Shown here: positions 20,788-29,198 of the stretch, one piece after another | How positions within the stretch are numbered: position 1 is the stretch's first letter | Layout of the letters: each line of letters begins with the position of its first letter | Program-made: the position numbers and the translations under genes | The notes under the pieces: model-generated | The model's input: only the letters and a program-made list of their open reading frames with translations | Told to the model about the DNA's origin: nothing | The model's database searches: none | From: a virus | Taxonomy: Duplodnaviria > Caudoviricetes | Length of the DNA: 63,957 nt | Direction: 5' to 3' (one strand) | IMG/VR virus record: IMGVR_UViG_3300028840_000655 | Location: 1 to 63,957 of that record

Positions 20788-21156
20788 CTACCGATAGGCG
20801 ACCTCCGTCCTGCGGGTCCGGCGAGTGTACCGGCGGGGGGAGCGGCGGACCGGCTCGAAGCGGTCCCCGCGTGCGAAGTAGGCGTTGTCGACGAAGATGT
20901 CGACCATCTCGTCGATGGCGGCGTCTTCCATCGCGTCGAAGGCGAGGTCGGCGGCGAGGCCGACGTTGTTCGGGCGCATCTCGCGGAGCAGGCTTTCGAG
21001 GGCGGCGGCGGCGAAGATGCTCTCACCGTCGAACCACTCGTTGCGGACCTGAACCTCGTTCCAACGCTCGTTCTCTTCGGGCGTCAGGGTCGGGACGGTC
21101 TCGCTCAGGTAGGCGATTGCGTCCGCGTAGTCCTTGGCGATTGCGTCGTTGTTCAT
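20788..21156 (-). CDS. Hypothetical protein
   Basis: Start motif 21162-21173 and its own cassette promoter. Confidence 0.8.
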   Translation of the reverse strand: MNNDAIAKDYADAIAYLSETVPTLTPEENERWNEVQVRNEWFDGESIFAAAALESLLREMRPNNVGLAADLAFDAMEDAAIDEMVDIFVDNAYFARGDRFEPVRRSPRRYTRRTRRTEVAYR

Positions 21157-21193
21157 TCGTGGTCTCCGTTCGTGTGTCTGATTGACTGACGTC

Positions 21194-21242
21194 AGGATAG
21201 CCTACGCTGGCGTAGATGTCAACTACACCTAACCGCTCAATC
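21194..21242 (-). promoter_or_regulatory. Cassette promoter TTGACA-17-TATCCT, operator 21202-21215, upstream element 21223-21242
   Basis: Read directly from sequence. Confidence 0.8.
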
Positions 21243-21535
21243 TACCGGGACAGGATGGCGACCCGGTTCGCGTGGATGTCGAGCGCGGCGGCGGCGGCGA
21301 CGGCGGGATAGCCGACCGTCTCGGACGTCCCGAACCCCTTGCGCTTCGAGCCGTACTGAACGGCGAACCGGGCGCTCCCGGTGCGGTCCTGCTCAGGCCA
21401 CAGGGACGAGTGTCCGATGCGGAGGGTCCGGACCGTGTTGCCGGACTTGTCGGACGACCACGTCACGGTCTTCCCGGAGAGCAGCGCTTCGAGGGCGGCT
21501 TCGGTGCCGACGTTGATGGAGTAGCAGCGGGTCAT
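21242..21535 (-). CDS. Hypothetical protein (MTRCYSINV...)
   Basis: GGAGG RBS; coupled to the upstream ORF. Confidence 0.65.
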   Translation of the reverse strand: MTRCYSINVGTEAALEALLSGKTVTWSSDKSGNTVRTLRIGHSSLWPEQDRTGSARFAVQYGSKRKGFGTSETVGYPAVAAAAALDIHANRVAILSR

Positions 21536-21729
21536 CGTACGACCTCCCAGTTCTCGGTCTCGGGGTAGTTGCCGGTTCCGGCGTAGTAGCCGCCGGGGGT
21601 CAGCCAGTCGATGCCGACCGTGCGGGTCGCGTAGTTCGGGCGGGGGTCGCTGGCGACCTCGCGGATGCGGCGGGGTCCGACGCGGACCTTGTCGCCCTTG
21701 CGGAGTTGGTTCGTCTGGACGGTCATCAT
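21532..21729 (-). CDS. Hypothetical protein
   Basis: Start motif 21736-21747. Confidence 0.75.
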   Translation of the reverse strand: MMTVQTNQLRKGDKVRVGPRRIREVASDPRPNYATRTVGIDWLTPGGYYAGTGNYPETENWEVVR

Positions 21730-21762
21730 GTCTCTGTCTCCGTTCGTGGGCCGGGGGACCGC

Positions 21763-21999
21763 TTACGCGGTCCACTCCCCGGCGATGATGCGCTGGCGCT
21801 TGACGTTGACGGCGATGTCGAGAAGGCGGGTCAGGCGGAAGACCTGACGAGAAGCGGCGTTCGCCTGACGGCGGTTGCCCATCGCGATGTTCATGCCGCC
21901 AATCTCGGAGGCGTTGTAGAGCATCGACTGTAGGGTCGGGATGTAGTCGGCGAGTTCGGCGTCCGTCATGCCCTTGATGTAGGGGTCGCGGTTCGTCAT
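21763..21999 (-). CDS. Hypothetical protein
   Basis: Start motif 22006-22017. Confidence 0.75.
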   Translation of the reverse strand: MTNRDPYIKGMTDAELADYIPTLQSMLYNASEIGGMNIAMGNRRQANAASRQVFRLTRLLDIAVNVKRQRIIAGEWTA

Positions 22000-22041
22000 C
22001 TCGTGGTCTCCGTTCGTGTGTGTGTCTGATTGACAAGTCGA

Positions 22042-22104
22042 AGACTACAGGACGTCTACGCTAGCGTCAACCCCTAATCTGCCTCATCCGTTGACAGCGC
22101 GCAC
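22042..22104 (-). promoter_or_regulatory. Cassette promoter TTGACG-17-TAGTCT, operator 22056-22069, CRP/FNR-like box 22091-22104
   Basis: Read directly from sequence. Confidence 0.8.
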
Positions 22105-22193
22105 CACGGCGAAGATTGCGAAGCCGACCACGAGCCACGATGCCCACAGCGCGAGCAGGCACCCGGCGCGGTCCCATTCCTCCTGCTCTTCGT

Positions 22194-22415
22194 TCATCGG
22201 TCGGCGTAGTGGTCCCCGCCGCACTTCTCGCAGCGGGGTCCGGTGTACAGCGGCGGGTCCGGGCGGAAGTCGAACTCGTCGAACTCGACCTTCTCGCGAC
22301 TGACGCGGATGCCGATGCCGTAGCCGATGTCGCCGAGCCGGAAGAGCAGGCGACCGATGGCACGGCGGACGGGGTTCGGCTCCGGGACGAACCGGAACTT
22401 GACGTCGGGCTTCAT
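22194..22415 (-). CDS. Hypothetical protein (MKPDVKF...)
   Basis: GGAG RBS; starts 2 nt after the stop of the 347-aa ORF. Confidence 0.55.
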   Translation of the reverse strand: MKPDVKFRFVPEPNPVRRAIGRLLFRLGDIGYGIGIRVSREKVEFDEFDFRPDPPLYTGPRCEKCGGDHYADR

Positions 22416-22417
22416 GA

Positions 22418-23461
22418 CTACTTGCTCCAATCGAAGATGCGCGTCTTGCGCGGGATGAGTGGCTTGTCTGTCGGTCCCTTGACGTAGGGCGAGATGTAGA
22501 CCTGACGATGCACACCGAGCGACGGGAACCATTGGTTCCGCCAATGTCCTCCGACGAGCCATCGGTGCGACCATTCGACGGGTCGAGGGTCGCTGTCGTC
22601 CGCTGTGGGCGTCGTGGGGCGACGGAGACGGACGATGACGACGTTCCGCTCCGGGAACTCGTATCGCTTGCAGCGACGCCGTACGGGGCGCGCAGGGCGT
22701 CCGGGCGCGTGCGTGACGATGGTCTGCTGTAGCAGGCGGAAGAGGACTTGGACGTCATGCGTCATCGGCGTCCCTTGGATGTCGCTCCCCTCGTACTTCG
22801 GCGGCGGGTCGTCGAAGAGCCACGGGTAGATGCCGTCGACGATGAGGTCGCCACGGCGCACGCCTTCGCCTTCGCCGTAGCGGCGCATGACGGTCGGCGT
22901 CTGGTATGCGCTCCCGTTGTCGTACGCGTCGATGTCCCCGGTCTTGTGCAGCATGTACAGGATGATGCCCCTCCGCCGGGTGACGGTCTTCGGGTTCGCC
23001 TTCTCGGCGTCGCTCATGAACCGGGGGTCTTTCGTGTACGGACCTTCGACGTCGACTTCGAGCGGCGACCACAGGAACGCGCGATGCACGATGGTCTGAC
23101 CGTGGACGTCCTCGATGCCGTGCGGGCGCGTCAGGTAGACGAACCCGGCGGCGGTCAGGATGTCCTGCTCGTGTAGCGGCTCTTCGACGAAGTCGGCGCA
23201 GGCGGCTTCCCACAGGGTTTGCATGTCCGGCGAGACGTGGATTGGCTCCGCGTTGAAGAGCGCGTCCGGGACGTACTCGGTCCCCTGTGCGACGAAGCCG
23301 TCGTTCGGGCGTCCCTTGTCTCGCTGCGATTGTGCCCAGCCGTTGAGGTAGCGTCGACCCCTGTCGCTTGTCGCGAAGAGGTATGCTTCGAGTTGTGCAT
23401 CGAGGGCGTCTTCCCAGCGGGCAGACGTCGAGCGATGCGCGCGAATGGTCTCGATGGTCAT
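22418..23461 (-). CDS. Conserved-type phage hypothetical protein with C-terminal W.V.GHWR motif
   Basis: 347-aa ORF; start motif 23465-23476. Confidence 0.8.
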   Translation of the reverse strand: MTIETIRAHRSTSARWEDALDAQLEAYLFATSDRGRRYLNGWAQSQRDKGRPNDGFVAQGTEYVPDALFNAEPIHVSPDMQTLWEAACADFVEEPLHEQDILTAAGFVYLTRPHGIEDVHGQTIVHRAFLWSPLEVDVEGPYTKDPRFMSDAEKANPKTVTRRRGIILYMLHKTGDIDAYDNGSAYQTPTVMRRYGEGEGVRRGDLIVDGIYPWLFDDPPPKYEGSDIQGTPMTHDVQVLFRLLQQTIVTHAPGRPARPVRRRCKRYEFPERNVVIVRLRRPTTPTADDSDPRPVEWSHRWLVGGHWRNQWFPSLGVHRQVYISPYVKGPTDKPLIPRKTRIFDWSK

Positions 23462-23541
23462 GTCGTCTCCGTTCGTGTGGGGAGGGAAGGGACGGACCCG
23501 CCGGGGAGGGAGTTAGCGGGTCCGTCTCCGTTCATCCTAGC

Positions 23542-23916
23542 CTACTTGTAGACCGCCATCGGGAGCGACTTGTCGACGTTGATGCCGTCGACCTTGAGGA
23601 TGTAGCCGGGGCGGTCGAAGCACGCGGCGTCCCAATCGACGATGCCGACGACGACGTAGCGTCCCTTCTGCGCGCCTGTCTGGTCGTGGTAGAACTCGGC
23701 GGCGTAGCCGACCTCGTCCGGAACCCACTTGCGGTCGTCACCCCAACCTTCGGCGTGGACCGTGCGACCCGCGCTCATGATGGCGAGGCTCGGCTTGCTC
23801 TTGCCGGGGCGGGCGACGAGGTAGATGGTCCCGTCCGTCCAACCGTACTCGTTGGTCTCGTACGGGTTCGAGGGGTTGATGCGTCCTGCGGGGAGGATGG
23901 CGTTGCCGTGGTACAT
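23542..23916 (-). CDS. Hypothetical protein (MYHGNAIL...)
   Basis: Start motif 23922-23933. Confidence 0.75.
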   Translation of the reverse strand: MYHGNAILPAGRINPSNPYETNEYGWTDGTIYLVARPGKSKPSLAIMSAGRTVHAEGWGDDRKWVPDEVGYAAEFYHDQTGAQKGRYVVVGIVDWDAACFDRPGYILKVDGINVDKSLPMAVYK

Positions 23917-23941
23917 GTCGTGTCTCCGTTCGTTCGTTGGT

Positions 23942-24214
23942 CTAGCCGATGGTCTGCCGACCGGAGCCGATGCAGTTCGCGACCTTGACGGCGGCGAGTT
24001 CACCGTTCTCCGGAGCGTCCGCGTAGAACGCTTCGCGGGTGTAGGCGACGACGAAAGCGTCCTTGCTCCCTGCCTTCGCGACGAAGTCGTTGACGGTCCA
24101 CTCGACCGGGTCGAGGTCGATGTCGTGGTTGTGGTCGAACTTGCGCGTGTGGGCGCAACCCGGCTTGTGCAGTTCGTTCTGGCCGAAGTTCGAGTTTGCG
24201 ACGGTCGTCTTCAT
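23942..24214 (-). CDS. Hypothetical protein
   Basis: Start motif 24219-24230. Confidence 0.75.
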   Translation of the reverse strand: MKTTVANSNFGQNELHKPGCAHTRKFDHNHDIDLDPVEWTVNDFVAKAGSKDAFVVAYTREAFYADAPENGELAAVKVANCIGSGRQTIG

Positions 24215-24244
24215 CGGGGTCTCCGTTCGTGGGGGACGGTCGCC

Positions 24245-24454
24245 CTAGCGGGCGACGACGTCCGGATGCGAGATTGCCATTGCCGCGCGGTCGCGGGAGA
24301 TGGGGAGCCAGCGCTGCGCGCGACCCCAGTAGTGGAACTTGACCGTGTTGTTCGGGTAGATGGAGCGGCGGATGACGACCGGGGCGACGAAGCCGTCAGG
24401 CTTGCAGTTCTCGAAGGCTTCGGTGTAGACGGTGTTCGGTCGGCGGTCGGTCAT
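24245..24454 (-). CDS. Hypothetical protein
   Basis: Start motif 24462-24473. Confidence 0.75.
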   Translation of the reverse strand: MTDRRPNTVYTEAFENCKPDGFVAPVVIRRSIYPNNTVKFHYWGRAQRWLPISRDRAAMAISHPDVVAR

Positions 24455-24490
24455 CTGTCGTGTCTCCGTTCGTGATTGGTTGATGACCGT

Positions 24491-24554
24491 AGGTTACTAC
24501 GTGAGCGTAGACGGCGTCAAGGGGTAATCGAGGCGAAGTGGTGACAGGTGTCAA
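24491..24554 (-). promoter_or_regulatory. Cassette promoter TTGACG-18-TAACCT, operator 24497-24510, CRP/FNR-like box 24541-24554
   Basis: Read directly from sequence. Confidence 0.8.
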
Positions 24555-25201
24555 CGTCGGGTCCGGTTGCAGCGTGTCCCGGCGAAGAACCTTGCGTTCA
24601 CCCCGACGAGGGTTGGAACCCCGCCATCGAGTGCGACTCCACGCGTTCTGCTCGACAGGTTCTTGCTCCGGGGACGCCGGGGCGGGGCGGTTGGTCGGAC
24701 TCCCGAATACGGCTTGCGCCATCGGCTCCGGGTCCGACCTCATCGCGGTCCTGCTACCTGTGGGGGGTCTCCGCTGCCAATCGGGGCGGATGCGTTCCCA
24801 CGTCGCGGTGTCCGCGATGCTGTCTGGAAGAGAACCCCCGCCGAGAGCCGACTTCCTGTCGTCTTCGGTCCCTAATCAGCAATGCCCTTCGTCCGAACCG
24901 AGCCGGTAGTTCTGTCGATGCTGGCGACTCTCTGACCCGATGCCGGGGGAGCGGTCGTCGCTTGCCTTGCGACTTGCGGTCTCCCGTCTGTCGAGTTTCG
25001 AGTCGGCGTCTCCGTCGAACCCCTGCGGCTTCCTTGTTTGCTCGTCCCTTGCGGCGGCGAGTAGTGACTACTCCGGGGCACCCTCCCGGTCGTCCCTAGT
25101 TTCGACGTCGCTCACGTTGGCGGCGTGTCCGTAGTTCGACTCCCGGCGGGGGGTCTCTTCCGTCTGCTGGTCCGCGCTTTCGGCGCTCGCCGTTCTCTGT
25201 T
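24545..25201 (-). ncRNA. Candidate large structured non-coding RNA (~650 nt)
   Basis: Own promoter; no credible ORF; 26-bp long-range helix with G.U pairs valid only on the minus strand; several GNRA-capped hairpins. Both ends are estimates. Confidence 0.75.
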
Positions 25202-25207
25202 GCACGT

Positions 25208-25267
25208 AGTATGCGCCTACTCTGGCGTAGACGTCAACCCCCTCTAACTACACCAATCCGCTCAATC
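25208..25267 (-). promoter_or_regulatory. Promoter of the ncRNA: TTGACG-18-CATACT, operator 25217-25230, upstream element 25248-25267
   Basis: Read directly from sequence. Confidence 0.75.
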
Positions 25268-25542
25268 TCACGAGGGGGGTCGTCGAAGTCGTCGAACTTG
25301 AGCGAGATGGTCGCTTGCATCCGGACCGGACCTTCGTGTCGCATCATGCGCGCGTAGATGCGCGCGCCGATGAACGTCTCGAACGTGTCGAACAACCCGG
25401 TCAGGGCTTCGGACGAGAACGAGATGCCTTCGGCGCTCTCGATGCCTGCGACGCGCGGGTCGACGTCGCGGACGATGGAGAACGTCATCGCATCGTGGTC
25501 CCCGGCGGCGAGTTCGTCGAAGAGGTCGCGGTCAGACGACAT
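25234..25542 (-). CDS. Hypothetical protein (MSSDRDLF...)
   Basis: GGAGG RBS; phage-like codon usage. Confidence 0.65.
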   Translation of the reverse strand: MSSDRDLFDELAAGDHDAMTFSIVRDVDPRVAGIESAEGISFSSEALTGLFDTFETFIGARIYARMMRHEGPVRMQATISLKFDDFDDPPREIERIGVVRGG

Positions 25543-25822
25543 CGGGTCTTCCTCCGTCCTTGTCGGCGTACTGCCATTGCAGGGTCTCCGGGAGCGTGTC
25601 CGTCCCCGCCATCGCTTCTTGTACGCCGGAGAGCGAGGCGAAGTGGATGTCGTCTTGTCCGTCGAAGCGGACGCGCCTGACGACGAGACCACGACGCCAC
25701 AGGGACTCGACGGTCTCTGGCGTGCAGCCGATGGCGGCGACGAGTTGTCGTTCCGTGCGCGCGGGCACGTACGCGAGGAACCGGATGAGGCGGCGGTCCT
25801 GTTCGGTCAGGTCGTACTTCAT
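25532..25822 (-). CDS. Small winged-helix-like DNA-binding protein (MKYDLTEQD...)
   Basis: LTEQDRRLIRFL...TERQLVAAIGC...LWRRGLV pattern. Confidence 0.55.
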   Translation of the reverse strand: MKYDLTEQDRRLIRFLAYVPARTERQLVAAIGCTPETVESLWRRGLVVRRVRFDGQDDIHFASLSGVQEAMAGTDTLPETLQWQYADKDGGRPDVV

Positions 25823-25957
25823 CGGCGGCGTCTCGCGGTCTCGGTCACGACGTACGAGCGCAAGGCGCGCAAGGCGGACCAACACGGCTTGCACAGGTAG
25901 CGTCCTTCGGGCAGGAAGACGACGGCGGGCGCTTCGCCACAGTCGGCGCACGGACGC

Positions 25958-26137
25958 TCACTCATCGCTCGCCACGCGGACGCGTCGGGCTTCGTCGTAC
26001 CGGCGGAGTTCGGCGGGCTGGACGAACCAGTCGCGTCCGCGCTTCGTGGCCTTCAACTTGCCCTTGTGGACTTGCTGTCGCAGCGTCGCGGGGTTCACCC
26101 CCAACTTCGCGGCGGCTTCACTCAGGGTCAGCGGCAT
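25958..26137 (-). CDS. HTH (excisionase/MerR-like, HTH_17) DNA-binding protein
   Basis: LTLSEAAAKLGVNPATLRQQVHKGKLKATKRGRDWFV. Confidence 0.85.
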   Translation of the reverse strand: MPLTLSEAAAKLGVNPATLRQQVHKGKLKATKRGRDWFVQPAELRRYDEARRVRVASDE

Positions 26138-26393
26138 CGCTCTCTCCGTTCTTGAGGTAGCCGAGCCGGAGGTCTTCGAGCCGGTCCTGCGCCATGCGGA
26201 AGCGTCGGGCTTCCATCCGCAGTTGGTCGACAGCCGTCCGGAGGGCGGGGGACAGGGCGCGGTTCGCATCGCGCGCCGGATTGGTCTCGTCGTTGAGCAG
26301 CGTGTCCGCTGCCGCGTCGAGTGTCACGCTCTCGGCGTGTAGGGCGGTCTCCGCCATGCGGAGCGCTTCGTCCGTGGATGGTCGGTTGCTCAT
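26118..26393 (-). CDS. Hypothetical protein
   Basis: Coupled ORF. Confidence 0.65.
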   Translation of the reverse strand: MSNRPSTDEALRMAETALHAESVTLDAAADTLLNDETNPARDANRALSPALRTAVDQLRMEARRFRMAQDRLEDLRLGYLKNGESDAADPE

Positions 26394-26746
26394 TCGACTG
26401 CTTCCTCGATGGCGTTCGCGAGGGCGCGGAGCCGACCCGCCTTCGCGTGTGTTTGGAACTCCCGACTCGGCTGTCGGAACATGTCGTTCGCCTTCCGGTC
26501 AAGACCGGCGGCGGCGGACATGAGAGCGTCGGCGATGGCCGACAGGTCTCGCGCGTCAAGTTCGACGACGAGGCGGACGGGGTCGACGACCGCGCCGGTC
26601 GACAGGACCGGGACGCCGTCGATGGCCGTGACGCGGACCGTCGTCGCGTAGTGTTCGGGCTGGACGCATTCGGGGTAATCGAAGAGGCTCGAAGCCTCGT
26701 GGACGTTGACTTCGTGTCCGCAGGACAGCGTCGCTGTGACTGTCAT
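26390..26746 (-). CDS. Hypothetical protein
   Basis: Variant start motif ACACACGGAGACC. Confidence 0.7.
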   Translation of the reverse strand: MTVTATLSCGHEVNVHEASSLFDYPECVQPEHYATTVRVTAIDGVPVLSTGAVVDPVRLVVELDARDLSAIADALMSAAAGLDRKANDMFRQPSREFQTHAKAGRLRALANAIEEAVE

Positions 26747-26772
26747 CTCGTGGTCTCCGTGTGTGGCTCCGG

Positions 26773-27000
26773 CTAGACAGCCGGAGCGTCCTTGATGACG
26801 GCGAGTTCGTCGCCGAACTGGAAGCCTGCCGAGCGCGAGACGCGCTTCTGGAAGTCGAAGCGGACCTCCGCGAGACCGCCACGCGCGCCGCTCGTGTCGA
26901 TGACACGGGTCACGACGCCTTCGTGTCCGGTCGGCAGATGCCGGACGCGCGCGCCGCGCTGGACGCGAGTGTCGAGAAGCGAGTAGTTGGGGTTGGTCAT
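26773..27000 (-). CDS. Hypothetical protein
   Basis: Variant start motif ACGAAGGGAGACC. Confidence 0.7.
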   Translation of the reverse strand: MTNPNYSLLDTRVQRGARVRHLPTGHEGVVTRVIDTSGARGGLAEVRFDFQKRVSRSAGFQFGDELAVIKDAPAV

Positions 27001-27155
27001 CGGGGGTCTCCCTTCGTGATGCGCTCCGCCTTCGCTTCGGCGGACCGCTGGTTGACGATGCTCTGGATGAGCAGCGCGCGCTTGTTGTTGACCTTCATGC
27101 CGTAGCGCTTGTTCTGGCGCTTGCGGTCTCGTGTGTCAGCGTGTCGGTCGGTCAT
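26997..27155 (-). CDS. Small basic hypothetical protein (MTDRHADT...)
   Basis: Start motif 27162-27173. Confidence 0.65.
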   Translation of the reverse strand: MTDRHADTRDRKRQNKRYGMKVNNKRALLIQSIVNQRSAEAKAERITKGDPR

Positions 27156-27188
27156 CGTTTGGTCTCCGTTCGTGGTGGCGATATGGGA

Positions 27189-27251
27189 ACCATACGCTAG
27201 CGTAGACATGGCGTCAAGACCTAATCCGTGGTACTTGTTGCGGCAAGGCAC
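27189..27251 (-). promoter_or_regulatory. Cassette promoter TTGACG-17-TATGGT, operator 27192-27205, CRP/FNR-like box 27238-27251
   Basis: Read directly from sequence. Confidence 0.8.
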
Positions 27252-27375
27252 CATGACCGTCGTGCTACCATGCGTTCCACGCGCCGCAGCCGGGGTCGGT
27301 GCGCCGCGACATCCGGAGTCGAGAAACCGTCCGGGCGCGCAACCCGGAACCCCGGCGATAACACGGAGGGAACTC

Positions 27376-27678
27376 GTGCCAGAACGCATCCCGGTCGCCG
27401 TGACGACCCCCAACCCGCAGGGCGGCACGGTCACGCAGACCGTCTCATTCCAAGGCATCCCGCAGGCGAACGACATCATCCGCGTCGGTCAGCGGACGTG
27501 GATGGTCGCGCGCGTCAACTGGACGCCGGTCCGCGAGCCGTGGGAGATTGGCGTCGAACTCGTCCTGTCTCCGCTCGACGCTCCGCAGCCGCAGCCGCAG
27601 CCGCAGCCACACGCGCATGAAGAGGACGAGGCTCCGACCACGCGCAAGACGCGGCGGAAGACAGCGAAGGCGAACTAG
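27376..27678 (+). CDS. Hypothetical protein with PQ repeat
   Basis: GGAGGG RBS before GTG at 27376. Confidence 0.65.
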   Translation: MPERIPVAVTTPNPQGGTVTQTVSFQGIPQANDIIRVGQRTWMVARVNWTPVREPWEIGVELVLSPLDAPQPQPQPQPHAHEEDEAPTTRKTRRKTAKAN

Positions 27679-28094
27679 ATGCGGTAGACGTTCTCGCCGT
27701 GTGCGAGTAGCGTCAGGACGCGACGACCGACCGGCTCCCAGACCTTCGGGTCGACGGAGCCGGTCGTTTGCGCTGCGCCGATGGCGTCGTTGAGGTCGGT
27801 CGCCAGACCTCCGACGTTCTCGCTGTAGGACTTGAGGAACGAGGCGCGCTCCGACCGCGTCAGATGCTCCGGCACCGGCTCCAACTCCGCGAGCCATTCC
27901 AACTCGACCCCGACCCACGTCGCGAGGCGTTCGACGGCGGGACCGATGTTGCGGCTCTTCCCGTCCGCTCCGTCGAGTAGGTCGCCACGGATGGCGAAGA
28001 GGGTCTTCGTCGACCATCCGACGTGCGTCTTGATGCTGCCCTTCGTCCAGACCTTCGGCGTCATCGCTGCCATCGCTCTCGCAGTTCCTCCCAC
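27675..28094 (-). CDS. Hypothetical protein
   Basis: Phage-like codon usage; start uncertain. Confidence 0.6.
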   Translation of the reverse strand: MGGTARAMAAMTPKVWTKGSIKTHVGWSTKTLFAIRGDLLDGADGKSRNIGPAVERLATWVGVELEWLAELEPVPEHLTRSERASFLKSYSENVGGLATDLNDAIGAAQTTGSVDPKVWEPVGRRVLTLLAHGENVYRI

Positions 28095-28522
28095 GCTCTC
28101 ATCCCGTCGACCGCTGGCGTCAATGTTCGGACCGCATCTACGGGAGAACTCTTACAGGATGAACTGTTAGACGTGATTGCGGGGCGAACATTCACCGGAC
28201 GACGCCGGTTCTGGACGTCGGGAGCGAGGACGAACCGGGTCCATCCGTAGCGTCCGCGCTTCGTGGTCAGGCGACCGAAGCCGATGCGGGCGAAGAACCG
28301 GAGGACGTCGTTCAGGCGGGACAGGGAGTAGCCGACGATGCGGGCGACCGTGCGTTGGTCGAACTTCCGACCCCCGGCGACGGTCAGGAGTAGCGCGTGT
28401 TCTCGCGCTGTCAGATGCCACTCGCGGTCCATGTTTGCCGCGTAGACGGTCACGACGCCGGGGTCGCCGAGACGGGGGATGCCGTAGGTCATGTTGCTCC
28501 TTGCGATGCGGTAGACCGTCAC
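28061..28522 (-). CDS. HTH DNA-binding protein (possible replication initiator or regulator)
   Basis: DQRTVARIVGYSLSRLNDVLRFFARIG is HTH-like; divergent from the NrdR-like boxes. Confidence 0.55.
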   Translation of the reverse strand: MTVYRIARSNMTYGIPRLGDPGVVTVYAANMDREWHLTAREHALLLTVAGGRKFDQRTVARIVGYSLSRLNDVLRFFARIGFGRLTTKRGRYGWTRFVLAPDVQNRRRPVNVRPAITSNSSSCKSSPVDAVRTLTPAVDGMRAWEELRERWQR

Positions 28523-28581
28523 GCGAGGTCGGGTCTCTTGGGACGTCGGAGCCTACACCGTCGACGCTGGCGAACGCAACT

Positions 28582-28637
28582 CGACTACATGTTGTGGTCG
28601 CTCGACGCTTGCACCACTACATGTTGTGGTATACGCT
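28582..28637 (+). promoter_or_regulatory. Tandem NrdR-like boxes (28582-28597, 28613-28628) overlapping promoter TTGCAC-17-TACGCT
   Basis: C(G/C)ACTACATGTTGTGG twice, 31 bp apart; matches NrdR-box consensus and tandem spacing. Confidence 0.75.
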
Positions 28638-28741
28638 GGCAGAGACTCCTGCGATAGCGGGACTGTCACGCGCGGGCATAAGAGGCATCGGACTGTGGTC
28701 ACAGGGTCCGGTGCCTTGCTCGTTGCAGGGAGGAACGAGCG

Positions 28742-28951
28742 ATGGAGTATCGCGGACGACTCGTCGAGTGCGACGTCTGCGGCGCTCTCCGTGAGCGGCG
28801 CGACATCGGTCCGACGATGACATACGACCCGGAGACGAAGTACACGGCGGTCATGCGCTGTCGCGACCGCTCGGCGTGCGAGGCGCGCGCGTCATCCCCC
28901 GAAGACGATGGTCGCGTGCGCGTGCGCCGGGGTATCCTCGTCATCGCATAG
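28742..28951 (+). CDS. Small Cys-rich protein
   Basis: GGGAGG RBS; CxxC motif. Confidence 0.65.
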   Translation: MEYRGRLVECDVCGALRERRDIGPTMTYDPETKYTAVMRCRDRSACEARASSPEDDGRVRVRRGILVIA

Positions 28952-28971
28952 CACGCACGGAGGAACCCGTC

Positions 28972-29193
28972 ATGCCAGACCATGACGTCGAGATGCACCC
29001 GATGAGAGCGCACTCAGGGGGAGTCACCGTCCGCATGGATTGGGGCGGCGGCTTCTGCGACACGGTCGGTTGGCACGTCATCCCTGAGAAGAACGACCTC
29101 GTCGAATGCGGCGACACGCTCTACAAGGTCCAGACGCGACGCTTCGACTCCGACGAGCCGAACGTCATCGTCCTCATCCTCGAAGCGCTCTAA
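28972..29193 (+). CDS. Hypothetical protein (MPDHDVEM...)
   Basis: GGAGG RBS. Confidence 0.6.
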   Translation: MPDHDVEMHPMRAHSGGVTVRMDWGGGFCDTVGWHVIPEKNDLVECGDTLYKVQTRRFDSDEPNVIVLILEAL

Positions 29194-29198
29194 CCCGT

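Noticed and set aside
21202-21215. Operator as a host LexA/SOS box
   Set aside because: It matches neither GAAC-N4-GTTC nor CTG-N10-CAG
24605-24625. tRNA gene (T-arm-like GGTTCCAACCC)
   Set aside because: No acceptor stem, D arm or anticodon arm at tRNA spacing; treated as a motif inside the larger RNA
24396-25134. ORFs listed across the ncRNA region
   Set aside because: No RBS or start motif, atypical codon usage, and Arg/Pro/Ser-rich shadow-like translations
24545-25201. Group I/II intron or tmRNA
   Set aside because: It interrupts no gene and has its own promoter; I could not find intron core motifs or tRNA-like termini by eye (needs cmscan)
25958-26137. Excisionase implying an integration module
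   Set aside because: The HTH_17 fold is generic and no integrase is recognisable
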